DNA of 61,589 bases, counting the filler. It is 8 parts of 8 records of this genome, joined end to end, with 100 filler letters (N's around TTAATTAATTAA, not from the genome) between each part and the next. Parts side by side here need not be neighbours in the genome. Positions count along the whole stretch, not along the records: positions 8,295 to 14,896 come from DRR723986_27829; positions 14,997 to 22,446 come from DRR723986_27897; 6 more parts are not named here. The stretch is one strand, 5' to 3'. Each line of letters starts with the position of its first letter. Positions within the stretch are counted from its first letter, which is position 1. Below are positions 8,609 through 18,574 of this stretch, piece after piece. Below the pieces are notes generated by a model. It saw only the letters and a list, made by a program, of their open reading frames with translations. It did not search any database and had not been told where the DNA came from. The translations under genes and the position numbers were made by a program.

Positions 8609-10291
8609 TTAGGTGAACTTCCAGATTTCTGTCGCAGTTTTGGCCATCCTCTTTTGGCGACTTGCAATCGTTTCTTCATTCCAGGTCGAATAGTGCTCTG
8701 CAATTGCCTTTGTACTCTGCACTTCACTTTTCTGGAAGACTCCCAACTTTTCGGAAAACTCGGCGTTGCCAAGTCGCTTGTTAAGTTTGGACTCCAATAA
8801 TGTTAAGTTTCCAACTCGGTACACACTACGCCTAAACTCATCATCATCGACGTGCCCCCATGAATCGTCATCTGGGTGTTCCGGCAGAATATGCTCGACT
8901 GAGAGTGCCTCACTTTCCCATTCAACAACATGCCCAAATGCTTTTTGCTCAATTGCAGCAAGGAGGTACTTAACAACCCTACGATTGCGACTAGTGTCTC
9001 TTAGAATTTTGTTCGAGAAGTCAACTTCAAAGTTTTGATCCGCAGGATATACGGGCTGCATCCACTCCTGCTGAAATTGTTTTTCACTGCGAATGCGTAA
9101 AACAATCGCATTGTATGTAGTCTCCTGATCATTCGGATTTAACCCGCCGATGACATTATAACGCACTGAGACAGTCACGCAAGCACGCAGGAGACGCTCG
9201 AAGTCTTTCCTTCCAAGCACGTGATATGCACCCAACAGGAGCGGCAGGGGCTGTTGAACATTAAACATTTTCAATTCTGCCAGCCGTTTACGAATAAAGT
9301 CGCTGCCGCCTTGCCACAATTCATCTTCCGGGCTGCGCAGCGCCATATAAATGTCAGCATCTTCGTTTAGTTCACGCAACAGCTCAAACACCTGCGCTTT
9401 GGATACGACCTCGCGTCGGAGCACTTTGAACAAGTCGTTTTTGCGAGTTGTTGGGTTGCGGCTATTCCAGAATACGCGCAGGAACTCCGGGAAGCGTTGG
9501 TTTTTAAGCTTGGCTAGCACTTTAGCCCAAAGCCTCTCGACTTCACTAATCTCCTGGGTTGTACCGTTCGCCTTGTCTACAACTGAAAACAGGTAGTTTT
9601 TCAACAAATCTGCTGAGGAGAGCTGAACGCCACGCGAGTTAAGCGTTTCAAAGACAACAAAAGCATTCAGTTCAGTATTTACAGTGATGACCGTAAAAAA
9701 CAATTTGTCCACCATCACATCTACAAATTGGGCCAACTCCTTGCCATTTGCGCACTGAACCTTCAATTTGGCTACAAACCATTCAAAACATTTGCGCATT
9801 AGTGCGGATGATGCATCAACATTACGCACGGGTAAGTGTCCGAGAGGTACCAGATAGTCGCGGTAGTATTCATCATTGTTACGATTGAGGCTGAGCTTAT
9901 TACTGGATATCAATGTTACGGGGTCCAGCGATCCTATATAAGAACTTCTAAGCGAGTCCTGACGCTTTTGGCTCTCTTCGACTTCCTGCCCAGCGTCAAT
10001 AATACTCTGCAATCGTTTGAGCACGGCCAGAATCAGAATACTGAGCGTGGTCAGACGCTGTTGACCATCAATGACCTTAAAACACTTACTATCATCCGTC
10101 TGAAGTACAAGGTACCCCATGTAATGGGCAACTTCTTCACCGTTCATTAGAGAGGTGAGGTCCTGCCATAAGTCGTCCCACTGCTCCTTATCCCACGAAT
10201 AGTCACGCTGAAAACGGGGCACCTGATAGCGTAGCCCATTGCCAAGCAATTTGCGCAGTGATTCACTAGTGGTGTCTTGAATACCCTTCAT
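8609..10291 (-). CDS. DUF262 + DUF1524 (HNH) protein, GmrSD/SspE-like modification-dependent nuclease
   Basis: YQVPRFQRDYSW, VIDGQQRLTT, FETLNSRG (DUF262); VEHILPE...VGNLTLLESKLNKRLGN (HNH-type DUF1524). Confidence 0.88.
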   Translation of the reverse strand: MKGIQDTTSESLRKLLGNGLRYQVPRFQRDYSWDKEQWDDLWQDLTSLMNGEEVAHYMGYLVLQTDDSKCFKVIDGQQRLTTLSILILAVLKRLQSIIDAGQEVEESQKRQDSLRSSYIGSLDPVTLISSNKLSLNRNNDEYYRDYLVPLGHLPVRNVDASSALMRKCFEWFVAKLKVQCANGKELAQFVDVMVDKLFFTVITVNTELNAFVVFETLNSRGVQLSSADLLKNYLFSVVDKANGTTQEISEVERLWAKVLAKLKNQRFPEFLRVFWNSRNPTTRKNDLFKVLRREVVSKAQVFELLRELNEDADIYMALRSPEDELWQGGSDFIRKRLAELKMFNVQQPLPLLLGAYHVLGRKDFERLLRACVTVSVRYNVIGGLNPNDQETTYNAIVLRIRSEKQFQQEWMQPVYPADQNFEVDFSNKILRDTSRNRRVVKYLLAAIEQKAFGHVVEWESEALSVEHILPEHPDDDSWGHVDDDEFRRSVYRVGNLTLLESKLNKRLGNAEFSEKLGVFQKSEVQSTKAIAEHYSTWNEETIASRQKRMAKTATEIWKFT

Positions 10292-10646
10292 CAGAACCTA
10301 CCATACTGAGACGTTATCCGAACTAGAATACCTGCAAATTAGTGATTCGCACCAAAAGCCCAAGAATTACTCACCCACAAGTACTTCACCAAATCAACGC
10401 AGACTCAAATCCTCTCTGAATTTGCACTCCAGACAAACTCCAACACTCAAGCCTCCAGCCCCAGCGACAAACAAAAAAACCTCAAAAAAGCCAGCCACAA
10501 AACGCAAGAGTAACGCAGCGATGCAGGGGCGCAAGCGTGGTATTTAGAACAAGTTTCCCAGAGCTGCGACAGGTCAACCACCTTGACTGTCATTCGGCTA
10601 CATACTGCAAAGACACTGTATCAAAAAGTACATTCTGGAGTTCTCT

Positions 10647-12764
10647 ATGCCAGTTTTTACCCGATCCTGCTTACGAACAGCTCTATCAATCTTCATCTGT
10701 GCCAGTTGTTTAACACCGCTTACAGCCCAGAACATCACAGCGCCCTGGATAACGGAGACCTGGGATGCAAACCCACAAGTCACCGCATTACAAGAACACA
10801 AAGGACGAGTGTTTGTTGGCACGGTCAATGCAGGCTTGTTTTACAGCGACAACAACGGTGACAGCTGGACAAACCTGCGCGACAAAATTCCAATGCGCAG
10901 AATCGACAACTTGCTGGCGACAGAAAGTGCACTGTATGCATACGGGCCGGCCGACATTTATCGTTCCACCGACAAAGGCGACAGTTGGGCCTCAAGTCAG
11001 GATATTTCCGGCATGGCGCTACCAGGAGTTAAGGACATGACCCAACTCGGCTCGAGCCTGTATGTAGTTAACTCAGTATCTTTTTACCGCAGTGAAGACG
11101 AGGGCAATACTTGGGTGAAAGTACAAACAACAGGAGGCTTGCATAGTGTGTCGATTGACAGAATGGAAGCACATAATGACAAACTCTATGTTACATCCAG
11201 CAAGTCGGCCTTCACACTGGATATTCCATCCTCAACTCTTCAAGAAATTGAAATACCACTTAATAATAACTCCATAAGCATGCTCAAATCTGTGGGTGGA
11301 CAGATCTACATCGCTGGGTATAACTCGGGTAGCAACAGTCCATTCTTCCGTCGAAACAAGGCCGGGGATGGCTGGCAGAGCATCGACAATGTATTTCCAC
11401 CCACTACATCCGTCTTTGACATGCATGTGAGTAAGGGAATCTTTTACATTGCCACCACTCATGGAGTATTCTCAAGTCCTGACGCACTTAGCTGGAATTC
11501 GGTTCCCAATTCTTTGGCTCAAACTTACTACGAATGTTTAACTTTTTCGGATGGATTTATGTTGGCAGGCACGAAGTGCTGCGGCGTGCATCGTTACAAT
11601 ATAGCAGATCCGGGAAGCGAGAACGAACTTGTTAATACAGACTTACACTCCTGGTCGCCAAGTCGGATTTGGCGCACGTCTGAACGCCTGATTGTTGAGT
11701 CTCCCGGCATTGGCACACGCGATAAAAGAGATAACACAGATGACAAATGGAGCGACGTTACAGTTAACAGCTCTATCCCTATGTCATTCGCAGGAGATAT
11801 CTTGCCATTTAATGATCAGTGGCTGGCGGCCGCAAACCGTTTATTCACCTCAACTGACGGTGGTCGCACTTGGCAGTTGATACCACCATCAAAAGAAACG
11901 AATAATGTTCAGAAACTGGTCGTTGCAAATGACCAGGTTGTTGGATTTAATCCTATATACTCAGTCGAATATGCTGCCGACTGGAGCGCAATCAGGCATT
12001 CGCTCCCGGTCTCAGGCGGCTTTGATCCAGTCGTTGCACAGGGCAATACTATCTTTGGCGTGGCCAGCGACGGGCGGCTCTTCCAAAGTCAAGACCTGGG
12101 ACGCAGCTGGCAGGAGGTTAACACAGGGCTGCCGAAGCAGGAGATCCAACATATTTGGGCCAACTCCGAACTGCTTTTCGCCGTCTCACAAACGGGCGCT
12201 CTGCAGTCGCTCGACGGCGGCGTAACATGGGCGGCGCTTGCTACTCAGGGACTGGACCCTGCCAATCCGGTGCTGGATATTGTTAGCTATAATAGACACG
12301 TTTACATTTTGCAGCAACATGAGATTATTTTCTCCGACTATGGCTTCAGCAAATGGACGAAACTGAGTCTGGATGGCCTCGCGGAAGATGTCAGGCTATC
12401 TTCAATGGAGATTTACGAAGGACAGATTTATGTAGGCACGTATGGCGACGGCGTTTTTAAGACAAATTTGGAAGTGGTTTCAAATGTAAGCGAAGCACCG
12501 GTTAACATCCTCAATCTGCAGCTCAGCCCAAATCCAGTTAAACAGACATCGACCTTTGTTTACACATTATATCAAGCGACACAGGTTGAAATCGGCGTTT
12601 ACGATATGCTTGGCAACACAGCGATTGCACCAAGCAAACAGTTCCGCAAGGCAGGTACGTTTTCGCAGGAGATTAATGCCGGCGGCCTCGCTTCCGGGCA
12701 GTACACGCTCGTGATCAGCGCCGGTGATAAAACTGTAACACAGCAATTTAGTGTTGTCAGGTGA
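10647..12764 (+). CDS. Secreted BNR/Asp-box beta-propeller protein with T9SS C-terminal sorting domain
   Basis: Signal peptide ending LTA-Q; repeats SDNNGDSW, STDKGDSW, SEDEGNTW, STDGGRTW, SQDLGRSW, SLDGGVTW; SPNPV...SGQYTL C-terminal domain; GGAG RBS. Confidence 0.85.
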   Translation: MPVFTRSCLRTALSIFICASCLTPLTAQNITAPWITETWDANPQVTALQEHKGRVFVGTVNAGLFYSDNNGDSWTNLRDKIPMRRIDNLLATESALYAYGPADIYRSTDKGDSWASSQDISGMALPGVKDMTQLGSSLYVVNSVSFYRSEDEGNTWVKVQTTGGLHSVSIDRMEAHNDKLYVTSSKSAFTLDIPSSTLQEIEIPLNNNSISMLKSVGGQIYIAGYNSGSNSPFFRRNKAGDGWQSIDNVFPPTTSVFDMHVSKGIFYIATTHGVFSSPDALSWNSVPNSLAQTYYECLTFSDGFMLAGTKCCGVHRYNIADPGSENELVNTDLHSWSPSRIWRTSERLIVESPGIGTRDKRDNTDDKWSDVTVNSSIPMSFAGDILPFNDQWLAAANRLFTSTDGGRTWQLIPPSKETNNVQKLVVANDQVVGFNPIYSVEYAADWSAIRHSLPVSGGFDPVVAQGNTIFGVASDGRLFQSQDLGRSWQEVNTGLPKQEIQHIWANSELLFAVSQTGALQSLDGGVTWAALATQGLDPANPVLDIVSYNRHVYILQQHEIIFSDYGFSKWTKLSLDGLAEDVRLSSMEIYEGQIYVGTYGDGVFKTNLEVVSNVSEAPVNILNLQLSPNPVKQTSTFVYTLYQATQVEIGVYDMLGNTAIAPSKQFRKAGTFSQEINAGGLASGQYTLVISAGDKTVTQQFSVVR

Positions 12765-12791
12765 GCTTGAAGGTTGAGAGCTGACGACCGG

Positions 12792-12818
12792 CCTGCAGCG
12801 CAAGGCACGCTGCAGGTT
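12792..12818 (+). terminator. Hairpin after the propeller gene (weak U-tract)
   Basis: CCTGCAGCG-caaggca-CGCTGCAGG perfect 9-bp stem. Confidence 0.4.
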
Positions 12819-13011
12819 GAAGAATCAGCGACAAACAAAAAACCTCAATAAACGCCAGTCGCACAGCAGCCACAATGCTACCGTTTGAAGCGCAGAAGGG
12901 AGTCCAGAAATTCGTGCAGAAATATGCGAAGGTGACAAAACTCTGACTGAGCTGTCCATGAGCCAACGACGCAATTGCGCCGTAATACTACACACGCTCA
13001 GGGAGTACCAT

Positions 13012-14896
13012 ATGCCGACTTCTACAACAGTCTATTTGCGAATAATATTCAGCCTCGCCATCTGCGCTCTTGGTTTAACTCCACTTTTGGCTCAGAACAT
13101 CGCCGAACCATGGACACAGGAGACCCTGGACTCAAATCCACGAATTTCGGCCCTGCTGGAGTATAATGGACGAGTATTTGCCGGCACTGGCAATGCGGGT
13201 TTGTTTTACAGCGACGATAGTGGTGACAACTGGTCAACTCTCCGCGATCAACTTCCAATGCGTAGAATCTACAGCTTGCACGCAATCGAAAGCACAGTGT
13301 TTGCAACTGGCCGTAACGCTACTTTTCGCTCCACCGATGGTGGAGACAGCTGGAGTGAAAGCCTGGCGTCATCCGGCACTGCACTCTCAGGAATTCTGGA
13401 TATAGCTGCAGGCGAATCAAGCCTGTTTGCTGTTAATTCAAACTCTCTTTTCCGCAGCGATGACATGGGAGGCAGCTGGCAAACGGTGCCATTGTTGGGA
13501 AAACCCACTGACGAAACTCTCAAAAGTATAGAGACGCATAACAGCAAAATCTATGTGGCGACCAATAACTCTACCTTCACGCTGGATGTACAATCCTCCA
13601 CGCTTCAAGCGATTGATGCGCCGCTTAACAACAGCATAGTTAGCATGCTTAAAACCCTAAGCGGACGTCTCTACCTTGCAGGGTTTAATTCAAGCAGCGG
13701 CGCTGCGCTATTTCATTTGAACGACGATGGTGATGATTGGATCAGCACCGGCAACAACTTGCCTCCAGGAATTACTGTCTTTGATATTCTGGCGGAAGAT
13801 GACGAGTTCTATATCTCAAGCAGTCACGGAATGTTTACCAGTACAGATGCACTGGATTGGAGCGCCATTGCCAACCCATTAGATGTTAACTACTACCAGT
13901 ATTCAACAATTTCGAATGGTTTTCTACTCATGGGAACCTTTGGCAATGGTGTACATCGTTATGAAATTGCAGAACCAGACGGTGGATTTACGCTGGTTAA
14001 CAACAACTTAACCAGTTGGTCTACAAACCGGGTTTGGCGCACCACCGAGCGCCTAATTGCAGAGTCTATGGGCCTGGGCACACGCAACAAAACTCCAGGC
14101 ACAGATGAGGAGTGGACTAAACTCACAACTGATGATTCTGTCCCTCTGCTGTTTGCGTCTGAGATTTTACCGTTTAACGACGAATGGTTGATGGCTGCCA
14201 AATATCTGTATAGTTCGGCGGATGGAGGCCGCAGTTGGCAGTTGACCAATCCAATCCCACTACAGGAACTGGTTCAGAACCTGGTTATTGCAAATGGCAG
14301 AATTGTTGGGTTTACTCATGCGCACGTTGTTGAATACGGTGAAGATAAGAGCACAACAAAACATGAAGTTCCGACCGCAGGTGGATTCAGTGCCGTTGTT
14401 GCGCAAGGCAATGCAATTTTTGGCGCTGTTAGCGACGGTCGTCTATTTCAGAGTCAGGACTTCGGCAGCAGCTGGAATCAAATTGGCACGGGACTGCCGA
14501 ATCAGGGTATCCTGCATATGTGGGCTAACTCCGAATTGATTTTCGCCGCCACGCAGACGGAAATCTACAAATCGCTCGACGGTGGCCTGACCTGGGCAGG
14601 AGTTAACATCCCAGGACTGGGTTCCAACAATGTAGTGCGGGAGCTTCTCGGCTATAATGAACATGTCTACGTGTTGACTCTGGAGGGCATTCAATTCTCA
14701 GATTTTAACTCCAGCTCATGGACGAAGCTGAGTCTTGAGGGACTTGATGACAATGTCGGACTGTCTTCGATGGCAATTCACGAGGGGCAAATTTACGTGG
14801 GCACATTTGGCGATGGGGTATACGAAACGACGCTACAGGAAGTGATTTCCAGTGTTACAGTAGATCCACTTAACATACTCAACTTGCAGATCAGCC
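13012..14896 (+). CDS. Paralogous BNR/Asp-box beta-propeller T9SS protein, 3'-truncated
   Basis: GGGAG RBS before ATG 13012; colinear with 10647..12764 (NAGLFYSD, EILPFNDEW, SDGRLFQSQD, EGQIYVGT, NILNLQ). Confidence 0.85.
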
Positions 14897-14996
14897 NNNN
14901 NNNNNNNNNNNNNNNNNNNNNNNNNNNNNNNNNNNNNNNNTTAATTAATTAANNNNNNNNNNNNNNNNNNNNNNNNNNNNNNNNNNNNNNNNNNNN
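14897..14996. other. Artificial contig linker
   Basis: N44-TTAATTAATTAA-N44. Confidence 0.99.
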
Positions 14997-15024
14997 CATG
15001 AACTCCAAGAACACGCGGAGCTGA
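14997..15024 (+). CDS. rplM: Last residues of 50S ribosomal protein L13
   Basis: MNSKNTRS* directly before rpsI; typical alphaproteobacterial L13 ending and conserved rplM-rpsI order. Confidence 0.7.
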
Positions 15025-15028
15025 TACC

Positions 15029-15523
15029 ATGGCTGAAACCATTACCTCGCTCGAAGAGCTGCAAGCCGTGGCCGGTGGCGCCGCTGTTTCCGAAGCAACC
15101 CCTCTCGAGACCCCCCGTGAGCCGCAGCGCGACGCGCTTGGCCGTTCCTATGCCACCGGCAAGCGGAAAGACGCTGTCGCCCGCGTGTGGATCAAGCCGG
15201 GTTCCGGCAAGGTCACCGTGAACGGCAAGGAAATGAACGCATATTTCGCCCGCCCGGTGTTGCAGATGATCCTGCGCCAGCCGTTCACCGTCGCCGGTCG
15301 TGAAGACCAGTTCGACGTGATGGCCACCGTCAAGGGTGGCGGTCTGTCCGGTCAGGCCGGCGCAGTCAAGCACGGCATCTCGGTGGCGCTTCAGCGTTAC
15401 GAGCCGTCCCTGCGTGGCGCACTGAAAGCCGCTGGCTTCCTGACCCGCGACAGCCGCGTGGTGGAACGCAAGAAGTTCGGCCGCCGCAAGGCCCGTCGGT
15501 CCTTCCAGTTCTCCAAGCGTTAA
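15029..15523 (+). CDS. rpsI: 30S ribosomal protein S9
   Basis: [40 protein letters not shown]. Confidence 0.98.
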   Translation: MAETITSLEELQAVAGGAAVSEATPLETPREPQRDALGRSYATGKRKDAVARVWIKPGSGKVTVNGKEMNAYFARPVLQMILRQPFTVAGREDQFDVMATVKGGGLSGQAGAVKHGISVALQRYEPSLRGALKAAGFLTRDSRVVERKKFGRRKARRSFQFSKR

Positions 15524-15554
15524 GTCCAAGCGACTGGACGTCTTGCAAAGATCG

Positions 15555-15583
15555 AACGCCCATCTGCAAAGATGGGCGTTTTT
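15555..15583 (+). terminator. Intrinsic terminator of rplM-rpsI
   Basis: AACGCCCATCT-gcaa-AGATGGGCGTT + TTT. Confidence 0.8.
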
Positions 15584-15665
15584 CATTTCCGAAGACACGA
15601 GACAAGAGCCGCGTTCCGCGCCGTATCCGGGTGGTGGCCTTCATTCGTCTATGTAGGGTGGGAAG

Positions 15666-15741
15666 TGGTGCCGGTCGAGGGACTCGAACCCCCGACCCCC
15701 TGATTACAAATCAGACGCTCTACCAGCTGAGCTAGACCGGC
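15666..15741 (-). tRNA. tRNA-Thr(TGT)
   Basis: GCCGGTCTAGCTCAGCTGGTAGAGCGTCTGATT-TGT-AATCAGGGGGTCGGGGGTTCGAGTCCCTCGACCGGCACCA; 76 nt cloverleaf with CCA. Confidence 0.97.
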
Positions 15742-15898
15742 ACGAGGCCTTCGATATGAAATTGCCGGGCCGGTTACAAGAGCGGAATGCAGCTTTCCGC
15801 AAGCAGCAGGGCATGGTGTGGAAAATCGCCCGGAGGGGCCTTGCAACCGCCTGACCGGGGTCGCACCATGGCACCGAACCAACGGGGACGGGCGCAGG

Positions 15899-16654
15899 AT
15901 GAACAGGGCAATCGAGCAGGGCGGGTTTCCCAGGCTGCACCGGATGGGCGAGCAGGGCATGCTGGTCGAGTTCGGTGACCGTCTGTCCATGGCCGTCAAT
16001 GCCGCGACGCTGGCGTTTCGGGCGGCGGTCGATTCTGCCGCCCTGGCGGGGGTCGAGGAAAGCGCGACCTCGCTGAAATCGGTCTTCCTGCGCTTTGACC
16101 CGATCCGTCTGAGCCATGAGGCGCTGGAGGCGGCGCTGACGGATCTGTTGCAGGCGCGCGACTGGTATGCCGTGGCCTTGCCCCATGGCCGCAGATTGTG
16201 GCGGGTTCCGACCGTGTTTGGCGGCGATCATGGTCCGCAACTGGAAGAGGCCGCCACGCTGGCGGGACTTTCGCCAGAGGAGGCCGTCTCGCAGATATCC
16301 CGAACGCCGGTCCGGGTGCTGACCATCGGGTTTTCGCCGGGTATGCCCTATCTCGGTCAACTACCAGAAACCTTTGATATCCCAAGAAAAACCGAGCTGA
16401 ACCCGCATGTTCCCGCAGGCGGACTGGCCTTGGCGATCCGGCAGTTGGTGTTGTTTCCTGTCGGCACCCAGACCGGCTGGCGCTGGATCGGGCGGGCGGC
16501 GATTGATGTTTTCGGTCAGCAGGCGGACCAGCCCTTTCCGCTGACCGCCGGGGACGAAATCCTGTTTCATTCGGTCAGCGCGCCGGAGTTCGAAACAGCC
16601 TGGGCCGACGTGGAGCAAGGCCGCATGGTCGCCACATGCGAGGCGCTGCCATGA
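15899..16654 (+). CDS. pxpB: 5-oxoprolinase subunit B (allophanate hydrolase subunit 1 family)
   Basis: VPTVFGGDHGPQL, IGFSPGMPYLG, VPAGGLALA, QTGWRWIGR; clustered with pxpC and pxpA. Confidence 0.88.
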   Translation: MNRAIEQGGFPRLHRMGEQGMLVEFGDRLSMAVNAATLAFRAAVDSAALAGVEESATSLKSVFLRFDPIRLSHEALEAALTDLLQARDWYAVALPHGRRLWRVPTVFGGDHGPQLEEAATLAGLSPEEAVSQISRTPVRVLTIGFSPGMPYLGQLPETFDIPRKTELNPHVPAGGLALAIRQLVLFPVGTQTGWRWIGRAAIDVFGQQADQPFPLTAGDEILFHSVSAPEFETAWADVEQGRMVATCEALP

Positions 16655-17691
16655 GCGCCCATCTGCACATCCTGTCCGCCGGGCCGGGCCTGTCCTTACA
16701 GGACGCGGGGCGTCCGGGGCTTTTGGCGAAGGGCCTGTCGCGCGGCGGTGCGATGGACCCGCTGGCGCTGGCCGAGGGCGCGGCACTGGTGGGCGGAGAC
16801 CCCGGTCGTGCGCTGGCCGTTGAAATGGCCGGGGCGGGGGGGGCGTTTCGGGCAGAGGGGGCCGACCTGCTGATCGCCCTGACTGGCGCGCCGATGACGG
16901 CAGAGATCGACGGCGCACGGGTGCAATGGGCGGGCAGTCACCTGTTGCCGCGCGGGGCCACGCTGAAAATCGGTGGGGCGCTGAAGGGCAGCTATGGTTA
17001 TCTCAGCCTTGCCGGGTTGAGCGCGCCAGAGCTTCTGGGCGCGCGATCAGCCCATATCTCGGGCGGGATCGGTCGCCGCTTGCAGACAGGAGACCGTCTG
17101 ACATGCGCGCCCGGACCGAATGCGGGGGGGATGATGATTGCCCCCGATGACCGGTTCTCGGGCGGTGAAATTCGCATTCTGCCCTCCGTCCAGACCGATC
17201 AATTCGACGCGGCAACGCTGAGCCGGTTGGAGACAACAGAGTTTCACAAGGATGCCCGCGCCAGCCGAATGGGCGCGCGGATGGGCCATGACGGCCCTGG
17301 CTTTTCCTCCGACGCGCATCTGGCGATCCTGTCGGAAATCATCGTTCCGGGCGATGTGCAGGTGATCGGCGATGGTTCTCCCTTCGTGCTGCTGAACGAA
17401 TGCCAGTCCATGGGCGGCTATCCCCGGATCGCAACGGTGATCAGCGCCGACCTGCACAAGGTTGCACAGGCGGCACCGGGCAGCCCGATCCGCTTTCGCT
17501 TCGTCACGTTGGAGGAGGCTTTGGCCGCGCGAAGTTCAGCCGATAAGCATCTGAAATCGCTTACGTCACGGGTCCAGCCTCGGGTGCGTCACCCCGCTGA
17601 CATCCCCGATCTGCTATCCTATCAACTGGTTGGCGGCGTGATTTCCGCCCATCATGACGCCGCCGATAAGCCCCAGGAAAAGGAGACCTGA
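16651..17691 (+). CDS. pxpC: 5-oxoprolinase subunit C (allophanate hydrolase subunit 2 family)
   Basis: SLQDAGRPG..GLSRGGAMD, SRMG.R, VPGDVQV..DG.PFVLL.ECQSMGGYPRIATV; ATGA overlap. Confidence 0.9.
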   Translation: MSAHLHILSAGPGLSLQDAGRPGLLAKGLSRGGAMDPLALAEGAALVGGDPGRALAVEMAGAGGAFRAEGADLLIALTGAPMTAEIDGARVQWAGSHLLPRGATLKIGGALKGSYGYLSLAGLSAPELLGARSAHISGGIGRRLQTGDRLTCAPGPNAGGMMIAPDDRFSGGEIRILPSVQTDQFDAATLSRLETTEFHKDARASRMGARMGHDGPGFSSDAHLAILSEIIVPGDVQVIGDGSPFVLLNECQSMGGYPRIATVISADLHKVAQAAPGSPIRFRFVTLEEALAARSSADKHLKSLTSRVQPRVRHPADIPDLLSYQLVGGVISAHHDAADKPQEKET

Positions 17692-17694
17692 GCC

Positions 17695-18459
17695 ATGACC
17701 ATCCGCGTGGATCTGAATGCCGATATGGGCGAAAGCTTTGGACCCTGGCCCATGGGCAATGATGCCGAAGTACTGAAGGTCGTGACCTCGGCCAATGTGG
17801 CGTGCGGGTTTCATGCGGGCGATCCGACCGTGATGGCGCAAACGATCCGGGTCGCGCGGGAAAACGGCGTCGGTATCGGGGCGCATCCCGGTTTCCCCGA
17901 TCTTCAGGGCTTTGGCCGCAGGCGCATGCACATGGGTCGTGACGACCTGCAAAATGCCATCCGCTACCAGTTTGGGGCGATCCGGGGCATGGCCAAGGCG
18001 CTAGGGGCTGAAGTGCGCCATTTCAAGCTGCACGGGGCGCTGTCCAACATGTGTTCCGAGGATGAGGACATGGCGCGCGCCTGTTACGAGGCAGCCCTGT
18101 CGGTCGATCCCGATGTGATCATCTTCGTCCTGGCCTCTACCGCGCAGGAACCGGCGGTCAAGGCGCTTGGGGCCAACTACGCCGGGGAAATCTTTGCCGA
18201 CCGCGCCTATAACGACGACGCCACGCTGGTGGACCGCAGCCTGCCCGGCGCGGTGATCCATGATGCGGACCGTGCGGCGAAACGCATGGTCGAAATGGTC
18301 AAGGCGGGCGCCATCATCGCGGAATCGGGCAAGGTGATCCCAAGCCGAGTCGACACGATCTGTCTGCATGGTGACAACGAAACCGCCTTGCAGATCGCCC
18401 GCGCCGTGCGTGCCGGTTTGGAGGCCGAAGGCGTCAAACTGGCCCCAGTGGGGGCATGA
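17695..18459 (+). CDS. pxpA: 5-oxoprolinase subunit A (LamB/YcsF)
   Basis: DLNADMGESFG, SANVACGFHAGDP, GAHPGFPDLQGFGRR, KLHGAL, EIFADRAY, TICLHGD. Confidence 0.95.
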   Translation: MTIRVDLNADMGESFGPWPMGNDAEVLKVVTSANVACGFHAGDPTVMAQTIRVARENGVGIGAHPGFPDLQGFGRRRMHMGRDDLQNAIRYQFGAIRGMAKALGAEVRHFKLHGALSNMCSEDEDMARACYEAALSVDPDVIIFVLASTAQEPAVKALGANYAGEIFADRAYNDDATLVDRSLPGAVIHDADRAAKRMVEMVKAGAIIAESGKVIPSRVDTICLHGDNETALQIARAVRAGLEAEGVKLAPVGA

Positions 18460-18574
18460 GACTGGCCCTGTCACCTGCCGTCATGTTTCTGTTTCATGGC
18501 CGCCATATCTTATCACTGCGCGTGAGTCGCGAGAGTCCCCTCCTCGTACGCGCACCTGCCCGGAGGTCAGCCCC

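Noticed and set aside
15666-18459. tRNA-Thr next to pxpBCA as a possible island junction
   Set aside because: No integrase and no duplicated tRNA 3' end; the tRNA 3' side faces rpsI and the flanking genes are ordinary metabolic genes.
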